DNA of 64,000 bases from the human T2T-CHM13v2.0 reference genome, Homo sapiens (GCF_009914755.1 NC_060927.1); one strand, 5' to 3'; shown: positions 29,283 through 45,599, numbered from the stretch's first letter. Notes: generated from the letters alone by a model not told the origin. Numbers and translations: made by a program.

Positions 29283-30155
29283 TCATTTGACAACCGGTCC
29301 CAGAAGGTAACTGGAAGTCATGATGACAACTCCTATACTGTGAAAAGAAACTGCAAGCAAGGCAGTTAAGATGCAATCTTGCACGGTGACCGTAAGTCGG
29401 AGAACTGCGCGGCGAACGAGGCCTCGGCAGGGGAAGCGAAAGCCTGGTGTGGTTGCGGCTCTGGGGCCACCCTGCGACCGCCTCGGGGTGTAGGCAGAAT
29501 TTCCCGGCCCAGCTCCCCTCTGACCAGATAGCGGCCGAGAAACAATGGTTATCTGCTCCACTGACGCCAGGATGTCTTCTCCGTGCCCGATCCCGGAGTA
29601 CAAACAGTGAAATGAGAAGCCGGTGAGAAACGCGCTGGTTAAAAACATCTCGACGGGAGACGCTGGTAGGCGAATAGTGGCTCCAGACGCGGTCGGCGCC
29701 TGCCGTACCCTGGTCAGACTCTGGGTCAGAGCGCTAAGTTTCAAGGAGGCGGCGCTAAACAGGCCCTCTAGCCGGGAGCCTGTCGCGACCCGAGCGACCG
29801 TGGGTCGACCCCGATCCGGAAGTGACGCAACGGCGCCAAGCACTTCCGGAGCTGTGGGGACGACTCTTCTGGAGGAAGCAGCGCGGGCTTGACCGGCGTC
29901 GGCCCGCCGCCTCCGCTGCCGCTTCGCCCCAATCCGGTCCCTCTGGCCCGGCCTGACCCGGTCTGGCTTGTTCGGGCTCAGCGGCCGCGAGGCCGCAGCT
30001 CCCGGTAAGTGCGCGGCGCACGTCACGGCCTTGTTTACCTTGGCTGGCCGCTGGGGGGGCCTCTCCGCGCGCCTCCCTGGCCGGGCCGGGACTCCGCCTT
30101 CGCCGTCGCCCGGGAGGCCCGGGCGCTCCCCGTCGCCGGCACGTTGTCCGAGCAT
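29283..30155 (-). CDS. ARIH2OS: ARIH2 opposite strand ORF (C3orf71), 290 aa, single exon, coding status doubtful
   Basis: Uninterrupted ATG-initiated 290-codon ORF antisense to ARIH2 exon 1; R/P/G/A-rich N-terminus as expected for a CpG island, hydrophobic C-terminus. Confidence 0.7.
   Translation of the reverse strand: MLGQRAGDGERPGLPGDGEGGVPARPGRRAERPPQRPAKVNKAVTCAAHLPGAAASRPLSPNKPDRVRPGQRDRIGAKRQRRRRADAGQARAASSRRVVPTAPEVLGAVASLPDRGRPTVARVATGSRLEGLFSAASLKLSALTQSLTRVRQAPTASGATIRLPASPVEMFLTSAFLTGFSFHCLYSGIGHGEDILASVEQITIVSRPLSGQRGAGPGNSAYTPRRSQGGPRAATTPGFRFPCRGLVRRAVLRLTVTVQDCILTALLAVSFHSIGVVIMTSSYLLGPVVK
29815..29850. promoter_or_regulatory. Inverted pair of ETS (GABPA/ELK-type) sites; first copy is an ETS-half-CRE composite
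   Basis: TCCGGAAGTG(ACG) at 29815-29827 and CACTTCCGGA at 29841-29850. Confidence 0.75.
29848..30004 (+). other. ARIH2: ARIH2 non-coding exon 1 (5' end approximate)
   Basis: Within the CpG island just downstream of the ETS sites; strong donor CCG|GTAAGT at 30004/30005; no ATG. Confidence 0.8.
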
Positions 30156-30543
30156 TACCCGCCGTCAGCGGCCGGGCGCCCAGCGTGTGTCTGCCTTTTT
30201 TCCTCCCGCCGCCTTCTCAGCTCTCGGAAAGGTCAGAGGCCACCGCCTCTGACCAACCGGCGCCGGCACATCTAGGCCCTCTCTCCCTGTCTGGCGCGGC
30301 GGGGAAACGCGCCGCCTCGGGGCTCACCACTCGAGTCATCTTTGGGAGCTCTCGCAGCGCTGCCCGCGCGGTTTAACGCCCGCCTGTGGAGGGTATCCCC
30401 AGCTCGCGGGCTCCGCGTCCGCGCGAATATCCCGCAGCCCGCGGCGCCCCTAGGGATGTGCGGCCCCGGAGCTGTGCCGCCGCCTCGCCAGAAGCTGGTT
30501 GGGCAGCCGCGTTCTTGGATGACTTCTCCTTAGTACTGTTCAT

Positions 30544-30753
30544 TGCCTGGTCCCATAGAACTTTCTGTCATAGCGACATGTTCTTTACCTTTGCTGTTCA
30601 GCATGGTAGCTACTAGCCACACGTGGCCGTTAAGCATTTGACCTGTAGGCTAGTGCACCTGAGAAACTAAATTTTAAATTTTACTTACTTTTTAAGTGTA
30701 ATTAAATTTAAATAACCACGTGTGGCTAGTGGTCACCGTATTAGAAAAGACAG
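30544..30753 (+). mobile_element. MER3 hAT-Charlie DNA transposon
   Basis: catagaactttctg...atggtagctactagccac...aattttaaatttta...gtggctagtggtcaccgtatt; internal inverted repeat. Confidence 0.8.
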
Positions 30754-31837
30754 ATACAAAGTGTAGGATTTTGAAACGAAATTGCTGATTTCTAGTTTTG
30801 TGCCAAGTCGTTTTTCTTCGGAGGTGTAGTTAGTAAATGACCTGAATTCAGCGCTAGTGATCATATCTGGAGTAAACGTCTTCAGACTCACTAAAACTTA
30901 CGTGTTCTGTGCGTGGTGGGCAAGCCCAGGATGGTTGGTTGTTAGGTCCCCTGAACATGTGACTTTGGCTCTGGAGGAAATTTTTTTTTTTTTTTTTTTT
31001 GGTGGGCGGGACAAAGTTGCTGTCACCAGGCTGGAGTGCAGTGGCGGCGATCACAGCTAACTGCAGCCCCGACTTTCTGGGCTCAAGTGATCCTCCTTTC
31101 TTAGCCTCCTAAGTAGCTGGGACCACAGGCACGTACCACCACACCTGGCTAATTTGTAAAATTTTTTGTGGATACGTGATCTTAATAGGTTGCCTAAGCT
31201 GGTCTTGAACTGCTGGGCTCAAGCTATCCTCCCGGTTTGACCTCCTAAAGTGCTGGGATTACAGGCGTGAGCCACTGTGCATGACCTTTAAAAAAATTTT
31301 TTTTGAAAAAGTGCCCGGCCCACTTTTTCAAGTAGAATTCGGATATTTAACTTTGAGATGATTAAAAATTAAATTTTCATTTAAATCTGCACCTAGAACA
31401 TTTAGTATGAAATGGAGTTCTCTCTCTTTTTTTTTTGGAGGAGCCTGGAGTTTTCCCCACCTAAATATTTGGTTGGTGAAAAGCCTGTGGGCAATTTCTT
31501 TTTTTTTTTTTTTTTTTTTGACACGGAGTCTCACTGTGTTGCCCAGGCTGGAGTGCAGTGGTGCAGTCTCGGTTCACTGCAGCCTCCATCTCCCAGATCA
31601 AGCAATTCTCCTGCCGTAGCCTCCCGAGTAGCTGGGATTACAGGTATGCGCCACCATTCCTGGCTAATTTTTGTGTTTTTTGTAGCAGTGAGGTTTCACC
31701 ATGTTGCCCAGGCTTGTTTTGAACTCCTGAGCTGAAGCCGTCCACCCACCTTGGCCTCCCAAACCAAAGTGCTGGGATTACTGGCATGAGCCACCACACG
31801 TGGTCCTGGAATTTTTCTTTTTTTTTTTCTTTTTTGA

Positions 31838-31987
<150 letters not shown>

Positions 31988-32368
31988 TAATGTGACATAA
32001 ATGAGCCACGACAGCATGAGTAAAGTGAGATCTGAAATATTAGCATTATTCTGTGTTAGATTACCACAGTGGAGGTGATTTTGTAGTAAAAGTTAAATTT
32101 TAAGTCAGTTACAATTTGCTTGGTCAACATCTACATAACATTTAGGATTGAAATTGTGGTAGTTGAGAATCTGAAGGACAGAAATACTGGAGTAAAGAAG
32201 CAGGCTTTCAGCTGGGTGAGGTGGAGGTTACAGTGAGCTGAGATGGCAACACTGCACTCCAACCTGGGTGACAGAGGGAGGCCCTGTCTCAAACAAACAA
32301 AAAAAAGAAGTGGTCTTTCAAACTGAGAGAGAGAATTGAGATTAAATTATTGCTACCTGTTTACTTAG

Positions 32369-32536
<168 letters not shown>

Positions 32537-32814
32537 TGATCCACCTGCCTTGGCCTCCCAAAGTGCTGGGATTACAGGCGTGAGCCACAACACCCAGCTG
32601 AATACTTTCTTTTTTTAGAAGGTCATGTAACTCTTGTCAATATAATTATGACATGGATTTTTTTTGTTGGCACTTTAAAAGAAGATAATTAATTTAATAG
32701 TTACTCTGTCCCTTGTTACTTGTCCTTTAAAATACCTTTGCTTTAAAAAAAAAATAAACTTGCAAAAGCAGTATACCAGCTTTAAAAATATAAATATAAT
32801 TCTTTTCATTTTAG

Positions 32815-32878
32815 ATGGAAATCATATTATGTAGAATACTTGGGTGACATCTGCCTGAGAGATCTCCAAGAATTACAG
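32815..32878 (+). other. ARIH2: ARIH2 5'UTR exon 2 (64 nt) carrying uORFs
   Basis: Acceptor tcttttcattttAG, donor CAG|GTATCT; non-repeat island among Alus. Confidence 0.8.
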
Positions 32879-33086
32879 GTATCTTTAATTTAAAGATTAA
32901 CTTTTTCTCCTAAAGAAAAAACACCATCGTTAAGTTTAGTTGTGATTATGTGGCTCTACCATACAGAAGAGTTTGTTAAAAGTCAAACTGCTGGCCAGGC
33001 ACAGTGGCTTGCATCTGTAATCCCAGCACTTTGGGAGGCTGAGGTGGGCGGATCACGAGGTCAGGAGATCGAGACCATCCCGGCTA

Positions 33087-33495
<409 letters not shown>

Positions 33496-33607
33496 TTATT
33501 TTTATTGCCCCACAATTAATAGGGTTTTTTTTTTAATTTTTAGAAATGGGAGCATTTATAGTTAACATATCTACTTAGATATAGTGAGTGTTTTTTTTTT
33601 TTTTTAA

Positions 33608-33712
<105 letters not shown>

Positions 33713-33797
33713 TGAGTAGCTGGGATTACAGGCATGTGCCACCACGCCCAGCTAATTTTGTGTTTTTAGTAGAGACGGGGTTTCTCCATGTTGGTCA

Positions 33798-34031
<234 letters not shown>

Positions 34032-34559
34032 TTATACAAAAAATAAAATTAGGTATGGGGGTGGCATATGCCTGTAGTCCCAGTTACTCAGGAGGCTGAG
34101 GCAGGAGGATCTGTTGAGCTCAGGAGTTGGAAGCTGCAGTGGGCCATGATCATGTTTTTATATCTCAGACTGGGTGACAGAGTGATACTATGTCTCAGTA
34201 CTCCATAGTCTTTTAGACTGGTTACAAATTCTTTTTCCTTTTGGTAGACGTGAGTGTCACTATGTTACCCAGGCTGGTTTGGAACTCCTGGTTTTGAATG
34301 ATCCTCCAGCCTCAGCCTCCCAAAGTGTGGGGATTATGATACAGGCGTGAGCCACTGATACAGATGTGAGCCACTGTACGTGGGCCTTTTTTTTTTAAGT
34401 AGAAGATTATTTACCTGAATTATTATTATTATTATTATTATTTTTGGAGACAGAATCTCTCTGTTGCCTAGGCTGGAGTGCAGTGGCACGATCTCACTGC
34501 AGCCTTGACCTTCCAGGCCCAAGCAGTTCTTCGATGTAGCCAGGACTACAGACGCATGA

Positions 34560-34997
<438 letters not shown>

Positions 34998-35081
34998 TGA
35001 TCTGCCTGCCTCGGCCTCCCAAAGTGCTGGGATTACAGGTGTGAGCCACTGCGCCCAGCCTAATTTTTGTATTTTTAGTAG

Positions 35082-35385
<304 letters not shown>

Positions 35386-35419
35386 TAGCCAGGATGGTCT
35401 CGATCTCCCGACCTCGTGA

Positions 35420-35509
<90 letters not shown>

Positions 35510-35746
35510 TAGAGACATGGTCTCACTAGGTTGTTCAGGTGGATCTTGACCTCCTGGCCTCAAGGGATCCTCTCATCTCAGCCTTCCAAAGTTCTGGGAT
35601 TATAGTTGTGAGCCACACCCTCAGTCTTTGTTTTAGATTATGGTTGGTTGTTTTTTTTCAGACAGATTACCTACTTCAAGTAGACTTTATATTTGCTTTT
35701 GTATTTAATCAAGATTTGTTTATATAAATTGTTTATGTACTGTTAA

Positions 35747-35908
<162 letters not shown>

Positions 35909-36253
35909 TGAGTAGCTGGGGATTACACGCACGCACCACCACGTATAGCTAATTTTTGTATTTTTAGTAGAGATGGGGTTTCACCACGTTGGCCAGGATG
36001 CTCTTGATCTCCTGACCTCGTGATCCACCCGCCTTGGCTTCCCAAAGTGCTGGGATTACAGGCGTGAGCCACCGCACCTGGCCTAGTTTTAGATTTAAAT
36101 CGCTAGTTGATATTGTTCCTTTCAGCTCATCAGTTGAAATGGTAGTTGTGTAGAAAAGTTAATGGGTGTTTGCCACAATCTTCTGTGAGTTGAAGTTAGG
36201 GTTTGTGACTGTTTCACTTTCTCAACTAGTATTCTCTTTTCGTTTATATGTAA

Positions 36254-36514
<261 letters not shown>

Positions 36515-37527
36515 TAGTAGAGACAGGGTTTCACCATATTAGCCAGGCTGGTCTCGAACTCCTGACCTCAGGTGACCCACCCATCTCAGCCTCTCAAAAT
36601 TCTGGGATTACAGGCGTGAGCCACCGCACCCGGCCAATGGAGTTTCACTCTTGTCATCCAGGCTAGAGTGCAGTGGCGCAATCTTGGCTCACTGTAAACT
36701 CTGCCTCCCGGGTTAAAGTGATTCTCCTGCCTCAGCGTCCCGAGTAGCTGGGATTACAGGTGCATATCACCACACCTGGCTAATTTTGTATTTTTAGTAG
36801 AGATGGGGTTTCGCCATGTTGGCCAGTCTGGTCTTGAACTCCTGACCTCAAGTGATCCACCCACCTTAGCCTCCCACAGTGCTGGGATTACAGGCATGAG
36901 TCACCACACCCGGCCAGTAGAACTCTTTAAACCTGAAAAATCAGTCAACTTTGCAGACTAGAGGAGGATGTTGAACACCTATGTGTGTTTTTTTTTTCTT
37001 TACCAACTATGCACCTATTTTTCAGACACCTAAAAGTAATGTCTGTGAAACAGTGGTTTTCTTTTTCTACATATTACAGCAGGAAGTGTTCCTATTTATG
37101 TACTGTCTGTATCAATACTAACGGGGCATGATAAGCAAAATTTTAAACTTTGGTAGTTAAACCTTTATGTTGCCTCCCCTCTGGGCTGCCAGCTGTGGGG
37201 ATGTGCTTCTCCCTTAAGGACTTTGGCAAGAATAACAAGTTCATTGGAATTTGACTTTCTGACATAGAGCAGACAGCCTTGCCCTGTCATGCCAGGCCTT
37301 TCATGTGAAGTTACCATTTATTAGCTGCTTCTGTCTCTCCAGGGAAGGATTTCCCTTTTATAAGCCTGGGCCAGGGGGATGATAGTAAGATTCCCCATGT
37401 GATACCAGAGTTGGAATAGGCTGTAGTGAGATTAGGGCCAGGACTGTCCCATTTTGATTCTTGAATGGTTTCTGTTACAACTTGTCATGGGGAAAAAGTA
37501 ACACTTATTTTTTTTTTCCTCCCTTAG

Positions 37528-37624
37528 AAGACAAAAATACTAATGCATTTGAGAAAGCGGTAGTTTTGGGGGGAGGGGGAAAAAGCAACTGCTTTCCTGA
37601 TCTGCAACTTGGCTGGATGCTAAG
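37528..37624 (+). other. ARIH2: ARIH2 exon 3, 5'UTR part
   Basis: Acceptor ttttttttcctcccttAG (NAGNAG: TAG AAG); 97 nt before the ATG. Confidence 0.85.
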
Positions 37625-37879
37625 ATGTCAGTGGACATGAATAGCCAGGGGTCTGACAGCAATGAAGAGGACTATGACCCAAATTGTGAGGAAGAGGAAG
37701 AAGAAGAAGAAGACGACCCTGGGGACATAGAGGACTATTACGTGGGAGTAGCCAGCGATGTGGAGCAGCAGGGGGCTGATGCCTTTGATCCCGAGGAGTA
37801 CCAGTTCACTTGCTTGACCTACAAGGAATCTGAGGGTGCCCTCAATGAGCACATGACCAGCTTAGCTTCTGTCCTAAAG
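37625..37879 (+). CDS. ARIH2: ARIH2 (TRIAD1) RBR E3 ubiquitin ligase, first coding exon, acidic N-terminus (85 aa, MSVDMNSQ...ASVLK)
   Basis: Recognisable ARIH2 N-terminus with E/D tract; donor AAG|GTGAGC at 37879/37880, phase 0; the next constitutive exon lies beyond the window. Confidence 0.96.
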
Positions 37880-40800
37880 GTGAGCAGTGTTGTAAACTCC
37901 AGTGTAATCCCCCCCAGTTAAATCTAAGGATGAGCTGTTGTTAATTAATGTCTCCTCCAGACTAATTGAATGGCCTTGTAGCTTGAAACCAAATTTAAGT
38001 GTATGTCAACATCATTTGGACATTTTGTTACATTTACTTTGTTTTCTAATATATGCATGTCTAAGGTCCTCAGATTCCCAAATTAGTAAGAATTAGAAAG
38101 TAGGGGTGGGACAGATTCAAGAAAGATGTACCATACCAGAAATGTGTAGTAGCAGAATTGCACAACTTTGCACGTTTCAGGAAGTGAGTTTTCAGAATTT
38201 TATGAGGTTGATACAATAAGCATCAGAATCACCATCTTCTGTACGACTGTGAGTGACTGATAAATGTCTTGAGAGTATACAGATCCCTCTGGTTTGCCCT
38301 GAATAGTCATTGCCTTTGGGCTAATGAGCTCATTTGTTTCATGTACTGATTTTAATAATAATTCTTTCTTATGCTTGTATTTCATTGATTTAGGGGGTGT
38401 TAGTATGGAAATTGTAAAGAATGAACAAAGTTGATTACCCCATCAGCAAGCATTTTATTTAACACATAAGCTAAAACATACCTTTGGATGTCTTGTACCT
38501 TAGGCCAGTTATTATCCTATTTACATTTTTTATGATCATTTTGACAGTTTCCCAACAAGCATGTTTCCTTCTCTAACACTGGCCATTATGGGAAATTGGA
38601 AATATTTCTCTTTAGTGTTTTCACTAATCTTTTTTCATGAATTGTTACTTGGATTTTGTTTCTGATTAAATTGGAGGTCAAAAGGGCACCTTGGCATGAT
38701 GTCAACCAAATAAATTTTATTGGAACTTAAACAGAAATAACTAAGGTGTGCCTTGTATGATTTCTATAAAATTTGCTTTATCTACTAGTTTAGGGATTTT
38801 TTTTTTTTTCCCCAGATGGTTGGCAAAGGCTAATACCTTGAATTTAGATACTCAGGTCTTTATTAGCAACTGGCTGGAAGCTGAAAGCTAAGTTGTTTTT
38901 TTTTTTGTGTGACTAATTTCTAGAAGTGATTGTAGACTTCCTGTCTTGTGCTGAGCAGAAAACTCTGAAGAATGAGGACCTATGGATCCTCTGGGTTTGG
39001 GATTTCTGCACTATGGCTATAACAAAGCTGCTGGACCCCTGCCTCCAGAGGGCATTTCCCTGGTAGAAAACAATAATCGGGTTTCTCTTCCTCACCATGC
39101 ACACCTCTCCCTTGTTGATCAATAGTTTTCTTTTGCTTTAGTCATACTGTCAGGTTATATACAATGTTGGTATTTAAAATAAGAAAAGGATATGTTCATA
39201 ATGTTAGGTTAGAAAAAATAATATTAGGAATTATGTAGTGTGTAACCATGCTCTGGACAGTGTCAGTTGACCAAGTTCATGAGGATGTTCCTGTCTATAC
39301 ACAAGAATTCTCAGATTGTCAAGCCTCTGTGCTGGCTTTTTCTGCCCTGCTAGAGACAGCTGAGGGGCCCAAGCACCTGTCCGTCCGTCCGTCCGTCCTT
39401 CCTTCCTTCCTTTTTTTTTTTGTTTTTTAATTGTGGTAAAATATATGTAACATAAAATTTACTGTTTTACATTCTTCCTTCTTATACATGGTCAGCCTCC
39501 TGGAAAGCTTTCCCTTCGCCGCCTCATCTCTTACTGCCCTTAGGAGTCCTCAGAGTCTAGCTCATGCTTTCTCTGAGTGAGTTTCCTTGAGAGACCCTAG
39601 AGCACAGTGGCCATGCCTTCTTTGGTCTGTGTCCAAAGAATACAGCTCGTTTATTTTTTTAGGTTATGTACTGCAGTCTTCTGACTGCTTTATGTTTTAC
39701 CTGTTCACACATTTTGGCATGATCTCTCCAACTAGATTGTCAGTTCTTGGAGAGCAATAACTGTCTTGTACCTTATCTCCTCCATCATTCTTGTCACACT
39801 ATTTCATCTACAGTAGGTATTGAATAATTGCTTGGATACTTGTGGATTTTGTTGATTGTTGGTGATAGTAGCAGCTGCTGCTGTGGGTGTGAGCTAGATT
39901 TCCTAGTCCCTGATACATTTTGTTTCCTGTTGGAAATGAAATGAAAGGGCATTGTTCTGGCCTTTAAGACTGAGAAGAGTAAGAGCAAAAAGAACTTGTA
40001 GCAGAGATGAGGGAATAAATAAGAGAAGGAAGAGAGTTGAAACAGTATGAAAGGGTTAAAGAGAAAATGGAGCAAAGAGGAAAATAATCCACAAAAATTT
40101 AGATGTTGAGAGTTTATTTTTTCCCTTCTGCACTTCACTGAGAAATATGTTAACACCATTTACTTTCTGGGGCTGGGCAAAAAAAGGTTGTGGCTCTTTT
40201 GGTTGGGTTGACTGTACCTAAAGGGACTCTGGTGTTTTAAGTGATTCAGAAACTTGACCAAAGAGACTGGACAGAAAAGCAGCTTGCTTAAGAGTAAAGG
40301 AGAAGGAATCATATACAAAGTTTTTTCTTTGAGGCAAGATACAAGCTAGCATTGTTTTTATTTACTTATATTTTTAAAATTATATTTTAAATACAAAAAT
40401 TAGCTGAGCGTGCTAGCATGTTCCTGTAGTCCCAGCTACTCAGGAGGCTGAGGTGGGAGGATCACTTGGGCCTGGGAGCGGAGGTTGCAGTGAGCTGAGA
40501 TTGCCCCCACTATACTCCAGCTTGGGCTACAGAGCAAGACCTTATCTCAAAACAACAAAAATTTTTTTTTTGGTAGAGATGGGGTCTTGCTATGTTGCCT
40601 AGGTCTTAAACTCCTGGCCTCAAGCCATCTTCCCACCTCAGCCTCCCAAATTCCTCTACAAGCATGAGCTACCACTCCTGGCCTGTTTTTATTTTTGTAA
40701 TTAATATTTTTTGAGGATGAGAGGGAATAATTTAAGTGCTTAGTTTACCCAATGGTGTTCCGGCTACTCTGGTTGTCTTGTTGCACATGTCTCTGAAAGT

Positions 40801-41392
40801 GTGATTGATAGTGATAGTCACCCAGATCACTACTGATATCCCATTGGTCGTAGTGCTGATTGCACAATTCTGTGGCATATTGAAACATTTAATTTTTTAA
40901 TGTAATTTAAGTTCTGTGGCTTGTAGAAAATGTTGTGTGTATGTAATTGAAAATTATAGCCTTACGAATTCTAGTCTATGAGTAAAAACTATCCAAGTTT
41001 GAGGAGTGGCTTAAATTTTTCACTTGATTCTCATGTCTGTGTACTCATTTTGTTGTGTCCAGGCAGTTGCATGTGGATTATTTATAGTATAGCATAAAAT
41101 TAAGCCTTTTACTGCCATTTGGGATTTGAAGTCTCTTTTTAAAAATTATTATTTAAAAAAAAATTTTTTTAGAGATGAGCTCTTGCCCTGTCTCACAACT
41201 GGAGTGCAGTAGCATGATCATAGCTCACTGTACCCTCAAACTCCTGGGTTCCAAGCTATCCTCCCATCTCAGCCTCCCAAGTAGCTGGGGCTACAGGTGC
41301 GTGCAACTAATTAAACAAAAATTTATTTTGGCCAGGCGCAGTGGCTCACGCCTGTAATCCCAGCACTATGGGAGGCCGAGGCGGGTGGATCA

Positions 41393-41638
<246 letters not shown>

Positions 41639-41964
41639 TTAAGTGGACTCAAAAAGCTGCAAAAAAAATTTTTTTTTAAGATACAGAATCTCACTATGTT
41701 GCCCAGGCTGATCTCAAACTCCTGGCCTCAAGTGATCCTCCTGCCTCAGCCTCCTGAGTTAGCTGAGTAAAGTGTCTTAAGTAGAAAAATCACAATTTTC
41801 AGCCGGGTGCGGTGGCTCACGCCTGTAATCCGAGTACTTTGGGAGGCCAAGGCAGGTGGATCACGAGGTCAGGAGAGCCCTGGCTAACACAGTGAAAAAC
41901 CTGTCTTTACTAAAAATACAAAAAATTAGCCAGGCGTGGTGGTGGGCACCTGTAGTCCCAGCTA

Positions 41965-42117
<153 letters not shown>

Positions 42118-43146
42118 TTAGTTTAATGAGGGCCCTGATGTCAGAGGGTAACTTCCTGTATATGTTCTGGGACCAGTCTATGAGTAAAGTCATTATTGAG
42201 AGAGGAAGGTGCCCAGAAAATCAGATCAAGGGCTCAAGATAGAGAACAGAGAAAATGCTTATCTGTTAGTGTGGTGGGGAAGCTGCTGGCATTCAAATAG
42301 TGGCAAAACAGAAGCATTATTTGAGAATGAACTATCCTACACAAATCACAAATGGAATAGTCAAATGAGATGAAATGATTGCCAAGTGAGGTGTTGTGTT
42401 GTAGGAGGAGGGGATCTCTGGGGAATAAGTAATTTTAGTGATCATGTATGAGTCTTTAAAGAAAACAAAGTTACCTTTTTCTACAGTGTATTTTTATATG
42501 AGACTTATACAAAGATTATTTTGTCTTTATAGATGAAAGAGGTCCTTCTTGTAACCATAAGCATTTTTATTACAAAATGTGCAGTAGTTAGCCAATAATT
42601 TTTTTCAGTTATTCAGTGAGTCCTTTTAATTACCATTCCATGGAACTCTTGAGATATTTGCTGACAAGCTGCTCAGGAAGAGGCTCAGCCAGAGCCCCAG
42701 ACAAAGCCCAGGCAGGATCATGACTGTGGAGCTGGCTTTGGTTTGTGATGGGTCAAGAGTCTTTTTCTCCTAGTGCCCTCATCTTAGCATCATGTTAGGG
42801 GTGTGGGCAGGAGAAGTGAATGTTGTTCAGGGACCCACCCCATTGCTTCAGGAGGGGAAAGAAATAGGCCACTTTGAGCTAGATCTAGTCCAGGAGGTGT
42901 AGTGAGCTACCTGAGCTTTGTGTTGAGGCCAGAGGACCTTGAAGGTGGTGTAGAAGGGCAATGCAGGTTATAGAAGTCCTGGCTCCACAGGGCAATGGGC
43001 ATGGGAGTGGGAGGGTTATCTTCTGGGCTGGAATGAGGGTCAAAGATGTATAGGTAGAAAGGAATATTATGATTGTAGCCTCAAGCATCTTTGCTGTTGG
43101 TGGAAAGGAATAGGTTTTGTAAACTATAGGAATAGGTTTTTAATAG

Positions 43147-43390
<244 letters not shown>

Positions 43391-43541
43391 TTTTGGTAGA
43401 GACGGGGTTTTGCCATGTTACCCAGGCTGGTCTCAAACTCCAGAGTTCAGACAATCCACCCACTTCAGCCTCCCAAAGTGCTGGGGTTACAGGCGTGAGC
43501 CACCACACTGAGCCTAGGATTTTAAATAGGTATTTAAATAG

Positions 43542-43883
<342 letters not shown>

Positions 43884-44453
43884 TGAGCCACCGCGCCTGT
43901 CCCTATTGCTCACTTTTTAAGCCTGTTCCCCAGATAGGATTGGAGAAATATGCCAATTATCACAAATGTTTTTACTACATTTCTTCTTGCTTTATGAATT
44001 GCTGTATTAACTGCAGTAAAGCTATGAAAATATTTCCTAGAACACTCTATTCTGCCATACTCTTTTGTGAATTTTTTTAAAAATCTGGTGTTTGCTCTTT
44101 AGCAAAATGTGACTGGAAAATCTCTCTAAGATTCTGCTGTGGATAATTTTTCCCCTCTGTAGATGAATAGTAATGAGTTGTCAGGGCTTCTGACTCTTAA
44201 GTGCCGAAGTCTTTATAGTCCTGTGTTCAAAACAACCTGGCTTTTTTGCCTTTTTCACTTGTAACGTGATCAATTGGTGTTCATAACAACAAAATACATT
44301 ATTTTAGCCATTTTCTTAATTGGTACTAAATACTTATATAATGCCAAGTTAAAAGATAACAAGTATCTGGTGAAAACTTTAATTATTAAATCAATTTTCT
44401 TTTATTCTGATATAGCTGAATTTTAAGATCATTCTATTTTTATTTACTTACAG

Positions 44454-44471
44454 TCATTAATTGACCAATAA
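44454..44471 (+). other. ARIH2: Candidate cryptic/alternative ARIH2 exon start with early stop (SLIDQ*)
   Basis: Acceptor tctatttttatttacttacAG at 44452-44453; phase-0 reading TCA TTA ATT GAC CAA TAA; 3' end not determinable. Confidence 0.4.
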
Positions 44472-45599
44472 TGGTTTGTTGTTGTTGTTGTTATTATTGT
44501 TGCTACTACTCATGGGAAAGTATCTTCAAGCTGGGCCTGGTTACACTGAGTGTTTGTGTGCTGAGCAGCCCTCTGATTTCTATTTTTGTGATCTGATGTG
44601 AGCTGTCTTTGCATGCCTCTATCTAAGTAGAACTTAGGTTAAATTCCTGCGTTTCAAATAGCTGGCCGTTAATAGGTTTGTTAACATGTTTCACAGTGTT
44701 TTAGTCCAGAAGTCTGAGGTGTGTTTACTGATGTGTAAATTCATTTTTAAAAGGCGATGAGAAATGTCCAGAGTGACATTGAGAATGGCCTAAATACAAA
44801 TGGTGCAAAGATGTCCTTGTCTTGCCAGCTTAGAAAAGTTATTGTCATCGCTGTGTACCTGATACCATACAAAACATGCTCATCATCTTCCAGAAAAGAA
44901 GCTCTTCATCAGATTCAAGGCCAGCTTTCATTCTAGTCTTTTTGTTGTGCTTTCTGTCTACCTCAGGAACCATGGAAGTCATGTGTAATCAAGGGGTGAT
45001 ACGGTATTTGTGTGTGTTTGTTTTTTTTTGACATTTATATTTTAATCTTGAGTTTATAAATTTTTTTGTCAAGATGTTACTACAGTATTTAAGAAAATAA
45101 TATCATTCATGTTTTCATTAACCTAAAATAAGTTTTCTTGCTTGCTTATCATCCTTCAGCTCTTGTCCATATTCATACATAGCATTATTGTTCAGTATTT
45201 CATTCAACCAATATTGGGTATTTATTGAGAACCTACTACGCCTCCTGTTATGTTCCTGTGCCAGGCACATAACAGGAAAAATAACTGTAAACAAAACAGA
45301 CAAAAATCTCTGCCCTGGTAGACATTGCATTATAATAATCAGTAGATATATGTATTTTATGCATTCTGCTTTTTTCATGTATATTTCAAACATTTCCCCA
45401 TTTTTACTTTGTCCTCATAAATACTTTAAATGGCTGTGTAGCATGCCATCTTGTTTTTGAACTGTAATTTGCTTAAGCTTTCTGCATTGGGCATTTAAGT
45501 GAGTACCTATATATTACAGTTGTTGGGGGACTGGTTACATTGTTGTGAATGTCTTTATGGATATGACTTTTATGTCTGTTGGGCCTTGTCCAGAGTCTG

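Larger units (their letters stand above)
29380..30520. promoter_or_regulatory. CpG island, bidirectional ARIH2/ARIH2OS promoter
   Basis: Very high CpG density; paired ETS motifs at 29815-29850. Confidence 0.9.

Noticed and set aside
29300-29400. Donor-like GTAACT/GTAAGT upstream of ARIH2 exon 1
   Set aside because: No supporting upstream start or acceptor visible
37325-37390. Acceptor-like ctgtctctccAG with weak donor ATA|GTAAGA just before ARIH2 exon 3
   Set aside because: Weak donor and no independent support
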